Below are positions 37,705-45,359 of a stretch of DNA of 64,000 bases, in pieces. Origin of the DNA: an uncultured virus (IMG/VR IMGVR_UViG_3300025652_000051) (Duplodnaviria > Heunggongvirae > Uroviricota > Caudoviricetes); the IMG/VR virus record IMGVR_UViG_3300025652_000051. One strand, written 5' to 3'. A program made the position numbers and the translations under genes. Under the pieces are notes generated by a model, which worked only from the letters and a program-made list of their open reading frames with translations, was not told the origin of the DNA and ran no database searches. Position 1 is the stretch's first letter, and every line of letters begins with the position of its first letter.

Positions 37705-40176
37705 ATGGATTTCTATAAAGAATTACTGGAGAGTTTCAGTCGAATTACAGGTCGAAGGCTTAGTTTACTGGAGCAAGAAGAAGACCCTAGAGTACCTAAA
37801 GCTTTAGATATTTTAAAGAATTCTCAATGGAATCCTGAAGGTCCTAAGGGACAAGTAGCTACAGTTAATGGCAAGCAAGCTCGATGGTATGCAGGCACTC
37901 AATCAAAATCATTAATAATTTCTAATGGAACTGGAGTATACGATCCAAAAAATAGTATTCTTGCTCCTTCTAAAGGAAACAACCAAAAATTTAAAGCATT
38001 ATTAACAGCTATTGTAGGTGAGGAAGAAGGTGTAACCAAATTTGAAACTAAAAGATCAAAGAGTCCTGGGGAATGGGCCATCGAAAGAATGACTCAGACA
38101 TTGAGTGGTCTTACGAAAGAAATTGCAAACTCAATACTTAAATCTTTTAAAACAGTGTCAGACAATTGTGTGAACAGGACATGGTTTGTGAAGTTAGCTA
38201 AGTCTGTCGGAATGACACCTCAAGGTGCTCTTAGCTGGTTTACAGGTGGAGGACAGCAATCTTTAGAATCTCGATTAACTAACCTATCTTTTAAACTCAT
38301 ATATAAAGATGGAAAACTTATAAAAGTAGACTCTAAGCCCGACGCAGAATTAAGATCTAAGATTGCAGATAAGTTAGCCAATTTAACAGAGTTGGCTAAC
38401 GGAAATAAAAAAACCACCAACGAAGGTTATTGTAAAAAACTTAGAAATGAATTTGCAATGACGGGTTCAGAGGGCAATAGATCTTTAATTGTAGCAGCAG
38501 ATAATAATGTTTTAGATAATGACTCTATTGTAGTGTCGGATCAAACGGGATTATATGAAGGGGTTCTTAAAAAAGCGTTTACTCAATGTAATAAAAGAGT
38601 TTCTCCTGATGAAGTTGATTTATACACGGACAAGGCGGGAGGAGCGAACGCAAACCGAGGATTTACCTTTGAAGAATTGCCTCAAGTTTTAAATCTTTTT
38701 AATCTCATTCAAGAAGCAAAAGCTAATGAAGACGAAGCAATGGTCGATTGTTTAGGTAATCAATTAACAAAACTGGTCACTGACATAAAAAGAAAAGTTG
38801 ATAAGCTGACCGAACAAACTGAAACATGGACTGAAAGTGAGAAGCAAACTGGCTTAGACCTTGAAGACGCTGCTACCGTTGCTATGGCTCAAGAATTAGT
38901 TACACAAGTAGGGTCTAAAGAAGGAAGCTTTACAACTAAATTAGTTAAATCAATGATTCCTTATGGAAAAGAAATAGCCAAGAGAGGGTCAGTCATGGCT
39001 TTACCAGCCGGTACAGACACGGGAGGGGGAAAGAGACAAGATGTTATAGAGGTATTCGACAACTGTGATGACGCAAAAGATGCAGCCAGTAAGCTTGGTG
39101 TTGATCCCGTACTAACCCCAATTTCAGATCTATCGGATGATCACCAAGAATCTTTAAAGTGCTTAAAAGGATCTGACAAGTTGAAAGGCTTGTCCGAGGA
39201 TTCTCCCGAAGAAGAAAAAACAGTGTGCATTATTAACACAAGTCTTAAAAATTATATTGGACTTTCTAAAGGGATTACTGCCGGGTCACAAACAGGAGGA
39301 TCTCAAGCTAGGACTGTTGAAATTGTAGATAAGATACTTAGGGGAGAAAAATTAACTGACGCGGAGAATGACATTGTAAACTCTGAAGAAGCATACAAAG
39401 ACTTCATAGGTTTAGATAAAAAATCTTACCGAGAAGCAGCAAAAATATTAAAAGAGGGATCTGATTTAAATGGATTCTTAATTAATAATGAAAAAGTTAG
39501 CGTTCAAGTAAACGGAGAACAAGTCACTTCTAACGTATTTGATACCGCCGGTAATATTGTAGTAGATTCTCTAATTGATGCGGTAGGGTATCTCCCTGAG
39601 TCACCAGAAGCAAACAATTTAAGGCAGATTATTGAAGAGTATAAAGGCGACCCTCCAGACAAGATAAAGAGAAAGGTTGCACTATACGTTGAAAAGCAAT
39701 CGTTAATGTCTAAAATAAATAGTGGAGATCAAAATGCAGTTAATGCTCTTAAATTAAAAATGATGAGAGTAGGTGGGGATAGCACCAGGGATTTAGGATT
39801 AGAAATTAGAGATATTAAGAACAATGAAATATTTGGATTTAAGCATAATCAACCGTTAGAAGATGCGTTTGCGAATCTAGGGAAACCTGGGTCTAAGTGG
39901 AAGATAAACGAAGGTAAACCGGGTTCAACTACCATAACTTTAGAGGACGATAACGGTAACACAATCTCCCTGGAAGCAGTAGTATCTAGAAAGTCTAACG
40001 GAACGTATTCAAATAGCTACTCAGTACACTACGGAAAGAAAACAATAAGTAACTACAACAAGTACTCTAACAATTCTAAAAGCCCTAAGGAAGAGTCTAC
40101 GGTTATTAAAGCCTTAAGTTTAATAGAAAGTATTTTAGTATCTTTAAAAAAGAAAGTAGCTATTAGCGATGCTTAG
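37705..40176 (+). CDS. 823-aa hypothetical protein; possible head-packaged PD-(D/E)xK-type nuclease
   Basis: N-terminal LLES/LLEQ processing-like motifs; RGFTFEE...RQD...SLK pattern; Lys/Glu-rich. Confidence 0.45.
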   Translation: MDFYKELLESFSRITGRRLSLLEQEEDPRVPKALDILKNSQWNPEGPKGQVATVNGKQARWYAGTQSKSLIISNGTGVYDPKNSILAPSKGNNQKFKALLTAIVGEEEGVTKFETKRSKSPGEWAIERMTQTLSGLTKEIANSILKSFKTVSDNCVNRTWFVKLAKSVGMTPQGALSWFTGGGQQSLESRLTNLSFKLIYKDGKLIKVDSKPDAELRSKIADKLANLTELANGNKKTTNEGYCKKLRNEFAMTGSEGNRSLIVAADNNVLDNDSIVVSDQTGLYEGVLKKAFTQCNKRVSPDEVDLYTDKAGGANANRGFTFEELPQVLNLFNLIQEAKANEDEAMVDCLGNQLTKLVTDIKRKVDKLTEQTETWTESEKQTGLDLEDAATVAMAQELVTQVGSKEGSFTTKLVKSMIPYGKEIAKRGSVMALPAGTDTGGGKRQDVIEVFDNCDDAKDAASKLGVDPVLTPISDLSDDHQESLKCLKGSDKLKGLSEDSPEEEKTVCIINTSLKNYIGLSKGITAGSQTGGSQARTVEIVDKILRGEKLTDAENDIVNSEEAYKDFIGLDKKSYREAAKILKEGSDLNGFLINNEKVSVQVNGEQVTSNVFDTAGNIVVDSLIDAVGYLPESPEANNLRQIIEEYKGDPPDKIKRKVALYVEKQSLMSKINSGDQNAVNALKLKMMRVGGDSTRDLGLEIRDIKNNEIFGFKHNQPLEDAFANLGKPGSKWKINEGKPGSTTITLEDDNGNTISLEAVVSRKSNGTYSNSYSVHYGKKTISNYNKYSNNSKSPKEESTVIKALSLIESILVSLKKKVAISDA

Positions 40177-40656
40177 TAGATCTGCTAACTTAAACATCTC
40201 TACTTGAACGTCATTAAATACCCCAGAAACCTTAGATCCCCTTACTGGAAGGTTTAATTCATTAGTAATAGCCATTGGATCTCTACGATCCTGACCAATA
40301 ATTAAAATAAACTTTCTAGAAGATTTTTTAGAATCTCTGTGAGCTTGTCCTATCATATTAAATATTTGAGATTTAGGATTAAGTAGATCACTTACTCTTT
40401 CGTCATTGTATCCTTTCTTTATTTCAATGACGTATTTAAACTTCTCGGGAGTTATAAGGTCTCCATATATTTTTAAATATGAAGGTAAGTTATGAGTAGT
40501 AGCGAATGCTCCAGAACCAGGGCTTCTACAGAATTCATTAGTTTCAAATCTTTCATTAAGCATCTTGGCTATTTTATTCTCGAATCTATTTCCTTTCGCT
40601 CTAGAGTTAAGTTTCTTCTTCCTTGTTAAAGGACTAATGTCAAAATCATCTTTCAT
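40144..40656 (-). CDS. Holliday junction resolvase (Hjc-like PD-(D/E)xK)
   Basis: NSRAKGNRFENKIAKML...RSPGSGA...GDLI...IEIKKG. Confidence 0.8.
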   Translation of the reverse strand: MKDDFDISPLTRKKKLNSRAKGNRFENKIAKMLNERFETNEFCRSPGSGAFATTHNLPSYLKIYGDLITPEKFKYVIEIKKGYNDERVSDLLNPKSQIFNMIGQAHRDSKKSSRKFILIIGQDRRDPMAITNELNLPVRGSKVSGVFNDVQVEMFKLADLLSIANSYFLF

Positions 40657-40671
40657 ATTTTAGTTCCATGA

Positions 40672-40680
40672 CTATAATAG
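40672..40680. promoter_or_regulatory. Quasi-palindromic -10 element CTATAATAG between divergent genes
   Basis: TATAAT on + lies 6 nt before ATG 40685; TATTAT on - precedes the resolvase gene. Confidence 0.6.
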
Positions 40681-40684
40681 GCTC

Positions 40685-40996
40685 ATGGATAAAGTATCGT
40701 TTAAGTTGAAGGATGCTAAAGTTAAATTAACCGAAAGGAGTAGAGGTCGTATGAAGATTCAGATTAAGTTAAGTAAGGAAGAAGCGGAAGGCTTTAAGAA
40801 CTTCTGCAAGCTCAAGCCACCAGAGTTAGGTGATGAGGATTTTTATAAGCAGGTTTTCTTTGCCGGGTGTAATACAATGACAGAGCAGATTAGGACTCTC
40901 GTGGAGCAACACCAGCAATCTAAGGCAGAGGGATCACCCGAAGCTGTAACCGAAGAGCCACAAGTAGAAGTCGCAGATGAGCAAAGTAAAGAATAA
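40685..40996 (+). CDS. Small hypothetical protein, possible ribbon-helix-helix DNA binder
   Basis: MKIQIKLSKEEAEGFKNFC strand-helix pattern. Confidence 0.45.
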   Translation: MDKVSFKLKDAKVKLTERSRGRMKIQIKLSKEEAEGFKNFCKLKPPELGDEDFYKQVFFAGCNTMTEQIRTLVEQHQQSKAEGSPEAVTEEPQVEVADEQSKE

Positions 40997-41348
40997 TTTC
41001 AGTGTTGTTAACCTTAAGACTTCTAAGCAATTAGAGTCTACTGTGGTTAGCAATATAGAAGATAGGAATTACGCATATTATCTCATTGTAAATAAGTGGG
41101 ATGACGTGTGTAACTACTTTAATGATCAATTGCCTTCTGACGGTACTACGGATTTAAATGTCATTGACATTTTTGATGTTCGTAATCCTTTGGGAGTAAT
41201 TAGGTCTGCGATTAAATCTCACAGAGAAACCATTTCCACTGCGTGCTTGCAGTCTTATGATCAGCTACCAATGATGGTTGTTATTCATAAGTCATTTCCG
41301 CGAGTGGTAACTTACAATGGTTCTATCGGCGCGGAACTAGGCATGTAG
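40977..41348 (+). CDS. Thioredoxin-like fold protein with degenerate active site
   Basis: YLIVNKWDDVC in place of WCxxC; later QLPMMVVI cis-Pro-like motif. Confidence 0.45.
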   Translation: MSKVKNNFSVVNLKTSKQLESTVVSNIEDRNYAYYLIVNKWDDVCNYFNDQLPSDGTTDLNVIDIFDVRNPLGVIRSAIKSHRETISTACLQSYDQLPMMVVIHKSFPRVVTYNGSIGAELGM

Positions 41349-41677
41349 TTCCCGGCCTTAAATCTTTTATAAGCCTCCATCTTCTCATTATACTTCTTAT
41401 TCTTAGTGTAAATGAGTCGGAGGTTATTAAGGATGACGGTAGTAAAGTAATTGAAGGCTTGACCAGATTCTCTCTTGAAATTGTTCAATACCTTTATTAT
41501 AAGTAAGAAGCATTCTTGTTTTGCTTCTTCATGATCGACGTTAAATCTAAAAGATAACATTAGTCGATCAATAAGAACATCGAACATGTTGAATAATTCA
41601 TTCTCATGTTCTTTGTTACCTGATTTGAATTCTTGTATTAGGTCTTCAAATTTTTTATTGTCAATATAATTAGCCAC
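41312..41677 (-). CDS. Late-transcription sigma factor, gp55-like, minimal length
   Basis: NYIDNKKF...EAKQECFLLIIKVLNNFKRESGQAFNYFTTVILN matches the gp55 sigma-2 pattern; GTG start at 41677. Confidence 0.8.
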   Translation of the reverse strand: MANYIDNKKFEDLIQEFKSGNKEHENELFNMFDVLIDRLMLSFRFNVDHEEAKQECFLLIIKVLNNFKRESGQAFNYFTTVILNNLRLIYTKNKKYNEKMEAYKRFKAGNYMPSSAPIEPL

Positions 41678-41681
41678 CAAT

Positions 41682-41690
41682 CTATCATAG
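41682..41690. promoter_or_regulatory. Bidirectional -10 element CTATCATAG
   Basis: TATCAT(+) and TATGAT(-) each lie 6 nt from a start codon (ATG 41695, GTG 41677). Confidence 0.7.
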
Positions 41691-41694
41691 TCCT

Positions 41695-42729
41695 ATGAGC
41701 GATCTCAGTTTTCGAGGAGCCAACCCTAAGTGCGGCGAATGCCCTGCTTTAAAGCTTCCATTGCCTAAGCATACTATCTTAGATTACGAGTTTGAATCCA
41801 CTTGTGATATTCTGTTCTTATCAGATTCCCCTAAGTTGTTCGAAGGGGAGTATGCTGCGTTTCGTCCTAATGAGTATAGGATTATTAAGAACGAACTAGA
41901 GCGTATGGGTTTAGGTGAATGGAAGGTGGGGTTCTCAACTGCTGTTAAGTGCCCTCAATTCACTGCTGATAACCTGTCATCTGCCGTTAGGAAAGCTTGT
42001 AAGGTCCACCTTCATGATACTCTTGATCACATGAAGCCTTCTTTAGTTTTTGCTTGTGGTAGCGTAGCTACTAACATGCTCTATGGTAGGAACAAAGAGT
42101 CTGGAAAGGTTAGAGGTAAGACGGATGTTATGGAGACCGAGAACGGACATGAGTTTAAGGTTGTTCCTATTATTCATCCTTTCCAAGTTGTAGCGGAGCC
42201 TAAGAATGCTTTTCTTTTCAGGGGCGATATCAAAGCCGCTATTGAAAATGACTTGTTAGACATGTCTATAGAGTCTCATGCTCCATACACAATGTGTTTG
42301 AGTATTGAAGAGTTGGATAAGGTTAAGGACGAGTTTACTAGCACCTCCTTGGATGTAGCGGTAGACATTGAGACTACAGGTCTTGATTTTAACAATGATT
42401 CCATCCACACTGTATCAATGACCTTGGTAGATAGAGAGACAGGGGACTTAGGTAGGACCTTGGTGGTACCCGTTGATCACAAGGAGGCTAAACTAGGTTA
42501 CAAAACTAAGGGAAGATTCATGTCTTTCATCTGTGAAGTAATGCGTAATAAGAACAATCGTAAAGTCCTTCAAAATTGTGGCTTTGACCTTAAGTTCCTA
42601 AAGCGTTATGGTGTAGAGGATGTGTATAATGTCTTCGATACAAAGATCCTTCAGCATTTTCTTAACGAGAACATTCCTAAGAGTCTCGCAGATCTTGCTA
42701 AATACTACTTCCCTAATGAGAAGTTCTAA
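41695..42729 (+). CDS. DNA polymerase A part 1: UDG family-4-like domain plus 3'-5' exonuclease ExoI/ExoII
   Basis: CGEC...AVKC...AC...HPF (UDG-4 like); VAVDIETTGL, QNCGFDLKFL, FDTKI. Confidence 0.85.
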   Translation: MSDLSFRGANPKCGECPALKLPLPKHTILDYEFESTCDILFLSDSPKLFEGEYAAFRPNEYRIIKNELERMGLGEWKVGFSTAVKCPQFTADNLSSAVRKACKVHLHDTLDHMKPSLVFACGSVATNMLYGRNKESGKVRGKTDVMETENGHEFKVVPIIHPFQVVAEPKNAFLFRGDIKAAIENDLLDMSIESHAPYTMCLSIEELDKVKDEFTSTSLDVAVDIETTGLDFNNDSIHTVSMTLVDRETGDLGRTLVVPVDHKEAKLGYKTKGRFMSFICEVMRNKNNRKVLQNCGFDLKFLKRYGVEDVYNVFDTKILQHFLNENIPKSLADLAKYYFPNEKF

Positions 42730-43259
42730 TGCTATCAGTTAAAAACGCAAACACTTTTGATTTCAAGAATATCCCACTAATAGATTGCTGTGAGGGTAAC
42801 GCTAAAGACACTAACATTACTGCCCGTGTGTATGCTAAACTTCTACAGGAGGTTAAGGAGAAGGGTCTAGAAAAGTTTTATGAAAAACTAATATCCCCTT
42901 TGGCTATCGCGTTCCGAGACATGGAGTATGAAGGTCTACTTATTGACAAGGATAAGTTGGACCAGTTAGATGAGGAGCTACTACTTAAGATTAAAGAAGC
43001 TGAACATCACTTGAAGGAGGCTGCTGGCTTGGAGGATGTTGTTAATCTTAATTCCACTCAGCAATTGATTAATGTGATCTACTCATTTACAAAGGATACT
43101 AAAGGCAACTGGAATCAGACAGAGGACTTTGGCTTAGGTTTGTATCCTTTTGAGTTTACTAAGAAGGGTGCTCCCTCTACAAACGAGGAGACTCTGAACA
43201 AGGTTAAGAACATGGTAGAAGAAGAGTTCGTCTCTAGAGGATTGATTAATGAGAAGTAA
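42729..43259 (+). CDS. DNA polymerase A part 2: ExoIII and thumb
   Basis: GNAKDT, DMEYEGLLID, NLNSTQQL, TKKGAPSTNEETL. Confidence 0.85.
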   Translation: MLSVKNANTFDFKNIPLIDCCEGNAKDTNITARVYAKLLQEVKEKGLEKFYEKLISPLAIAFRDMEYEGLLIDKDKLDQLDEELLLKIKEAEHHLKEAAGLEDVVNLNSTQQLINVIYSFTKDTKGNWNQTEDFGLGLYPFEFTKKGAPSTNEETLNKVKNMVEEEFVSRGLINEK

Positions 43260-44313
43260 TGGTGAAGTAGCGATTGCTAAATCCGTATTGGCAAATATGT
43301 CGGATGCTCAAGTGAAAGCTGCCAAGAGATTCTTTGATCGCTTCTCTGAGTATAAGAAGTACACAAAGCTGCATTCTACTTATATTGAGGGAGTGAGAAA
43401 TGCTCTTAAAAATACTGGAGATAGAATATATTGTAAGTACGATTTAGGAGGGACAGTGACGGGTCGCATCTCTAACTCAGGTGCAAGTATTGGTAGGAAG
43501 AAGACTGATAAGATCGGTGTTAGTTTTCACACGCTACCTAGAGAGGCGTTGGATGTTAACATTAGAGATTACGTAGTAGCTCCTAAGGGGCATGATTTCA
43601 TTACTGTGGACTATGCAGGTATGGAGCTACGAGTTTTGGCTCACATAGCTAATGAACGCAACATGATCAAGGCTTTCGAGTCTGGAGCAGACCTTCATAG
43701 TTATTCCGCTGGCCTCACGTTTAGCAAAGATCCTTCTGAAGTAACTAAGGAACAACGTCAGATTGCCAAGGCAGTATCATTCCTTACTGTATACGGTGGA
43801 ACAGGATATACTCTTGCTTCTAAGCATAACATGCCAGAGGATAGAGCCAACGAGATCATTGAATCGTGGATGAGAGCATTCCCTGGTGTTCGCAGGTATA
43901 TGGATACCGTTGATGATTACATTAAGCAGTTTGGGTACGCTAAGACTTTGTTTGGTAGATACAGACATCTTCCAAACTACAAGTCACCCTTCAAGAACAT
44001 TCGTAGGGAATCATTTAGGCAGGGATTGAACTTCACTATTCAATCTCCTGCTAGTGATATTCTTCTGTGCGGAATGCTAGGTGTGGTTAACAAGCTTAAG
44101 GGAATGAAGGGTAAAGTAATTGCTACCGTTCACGACTCTATTGAACTTATCTGCCCAAAGGAGGAGACGAAGGAGGTTGTTAGGATAGTGACAGATGAGC
44201 TTGTCAATTATCACTACATGAAGAATAACTTTGGGATCAACCTCAGAGTCCCTTTAGCAGTGGACGTTGAGGTTGGATCTAGTTTTGGGAATGGCGTAGC
44301 TTATAAAGTCTAG
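43249..44313 (+). CDS. polA: DNA polymerase A part 3: palm and fingers
   Basis: KLHSTY, TVTGRIS, motif A DYAGMELRVLAH, motif B RQIAKAVSFLTVYG, motif C TVHDS. Confidence 0.93.
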   Translation: MRSNGEVAIAKSVLANMSDAQVKAAKRFFDRFSEYKKYTKLHSTYIEGVRNALKNTGDRIYCKYDLGGTVTGRISNSGASIGRKKTDKIGVSFHTLPREALDVNIRDYVVAPKGHDFITVDYAGMELRVLAHIANERNMIKAFESGADLHSYSAGLTFSKDPSEVTKEQRQIAKAVSFLTVYGGTGYTLASKHNMPEDRANEIIESWMRAFPGVRRYMDTVDDYIKQFGYAKTLFGRYRHLPNYKSPFKNIRRESFRQGLNFTIQSPASDILLCGMLGVVNKLKGMKGKVIATVHDSIELICPKEETKEVVRIVTDELVNYHYMKNNFGINLRVPLAVDVEVGSSFGNGVAYKV

Positions 44314-44314
44314 G

Positions 44315-45304
44315 TTAGCTAATTGTAGAACTATCCAAATCGGAACCTGTACCAGATCTCCTAACTTTTTTAGAGGAAAGTGCTTTCGACTGTTTATTAG
44401 CTGCCTTTTTTACTTTATCTTTGAATGCCTTTTCCTTATCTGGATGCCCTCCAATCCCCATTTTCTCAGGGTTATCTGGAGCATTACGCGCCGTATCTGT
44501 CTCAGCCTTTTCGGTATCTATGGCTCGCTGTCTTACTAGATCCGCGCCTCTGCCTCTTTTATGAATATTTTCGGCATCACTTCTTCCTATCGTATTACGA
44601 CGTTGCCTAGTTCCACTTTCACCTCGTTCTTGAGCACTTGCTATAGATGCATCGCCTTGTGCTCTAGCAGCCTGATCTACTGCCGCTTGATTTCGCATCT
44701 TCGGCTCGCCCGGATTTTCTTTACTATGCTTCTTTTGGAGTGCTCTTGCAGCATCTTTCATGCCTTTTTGAAACGCTTCTAAAACCTTTTCACCCAAATA
44801 ATCTCTAGCTTCTGCTACCTTCTTCTTCTTGCTGCTACCCTTAGGTTGACAGGACCCCTTAGAGTAAGCTTTCTTTCCTGGGGTAGGCTCGTAACCGCTC
44901 CAGCATCTTTCAGCAAGTTCGATTCTAGCATTCTCTAATTTAATTTGTCTTTCACTCATAGTAGGCATTCCTTCTTTATTTATATCAGTCGAGCAGTTCC
45001 ACTTCTTCAAAGATAGGCTAAGACGATCTTTGCCTGTATTGTTACTGTCTTTTTGTCGCTTTCTCATGCCACCCATACGCGCACAAAATGACTTACGACG
45101 TTTAGCATCCTTACTACCTTTCTTAAGCTTTGATGGCTTAGTAGTTACAGCAGTTTTAATTTCAGATCCAGGGTTAGCGGCTCTGATACGCTTGGCACCC
45201 TGCTCGGTTGTACCTCCAGTTTTGGATTTATCTCCACTTTTAACTGAAAATTTCTTAGGCATTTTGGTTTTTTCTAGTATAGGTTCTTCTGTTTTATTAT
45301 TCAT
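44315..45304 (-). CDS. Basic modular protein, probable late/internal head protein
   Basis: KRRKSFCARMGG...SLKKWNC and RCWSGYEPTPGKKAYSKGSC modules common in T4-like phages; GTAAATA upstream on -. Confidence 0.65.
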   Translation of the reverse strand: MNNKTEEPILEKTKMPKKFSVKSGDKSKTGGTTEQGAKRIRAANPGSEIKTAVTTKPSKLKKGSKDAKRRKSFCARMGGMRKRQKDSNNTGKDRLSLSLKKWNCSTDINKEGMPTMSERQIKLENARIELAERCWSGYEPTPGKKAYSKGSCQPKGSSKKKKVAEARDYLGEKVLEAFQKGMKDAARALQKKHSKENPGEPKMRNQAAVDQAARAQGDASIASAQERGESGTRQRRNTIGRSDAENIHKRGRGADLVRQRAIDTEKAETDTARNAPDNPEKMGIGGHPDKEKAFKDKVKKAANKQSKALSSKKVRRSGTGSDLDSSTIS

Positions 45305-45335
45305 AATCGTTGACCTTAGTCTATTATTCTATAGG

Positions 45336-45342
45336 TATTTAC
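45336..45342 (-). promoter_or_regulatory. Late promoter candidate GTAAATA
   Basis: Reverse complement of tatttac, about 30 nt upstream of ATG 45304(-). Confidence 0.55.
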
Positions 45343-45359
45343 TATACAATCCCGCTTAT

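Noticed and set aside
42700..43300. Split intein or group I intron at the polA junctions
   Set aside because: ORFs overlap with no intervening sequence, and no intein N-terminal block or HN-C/S/T end is present
45030..45359. 110-aa N-terminal extension of ThyX in the ORF track
   Set aside because: It is the antisense shadow of the 44315-45304 gene; ThyX similarity and a promoter-like element fit a start at 45360
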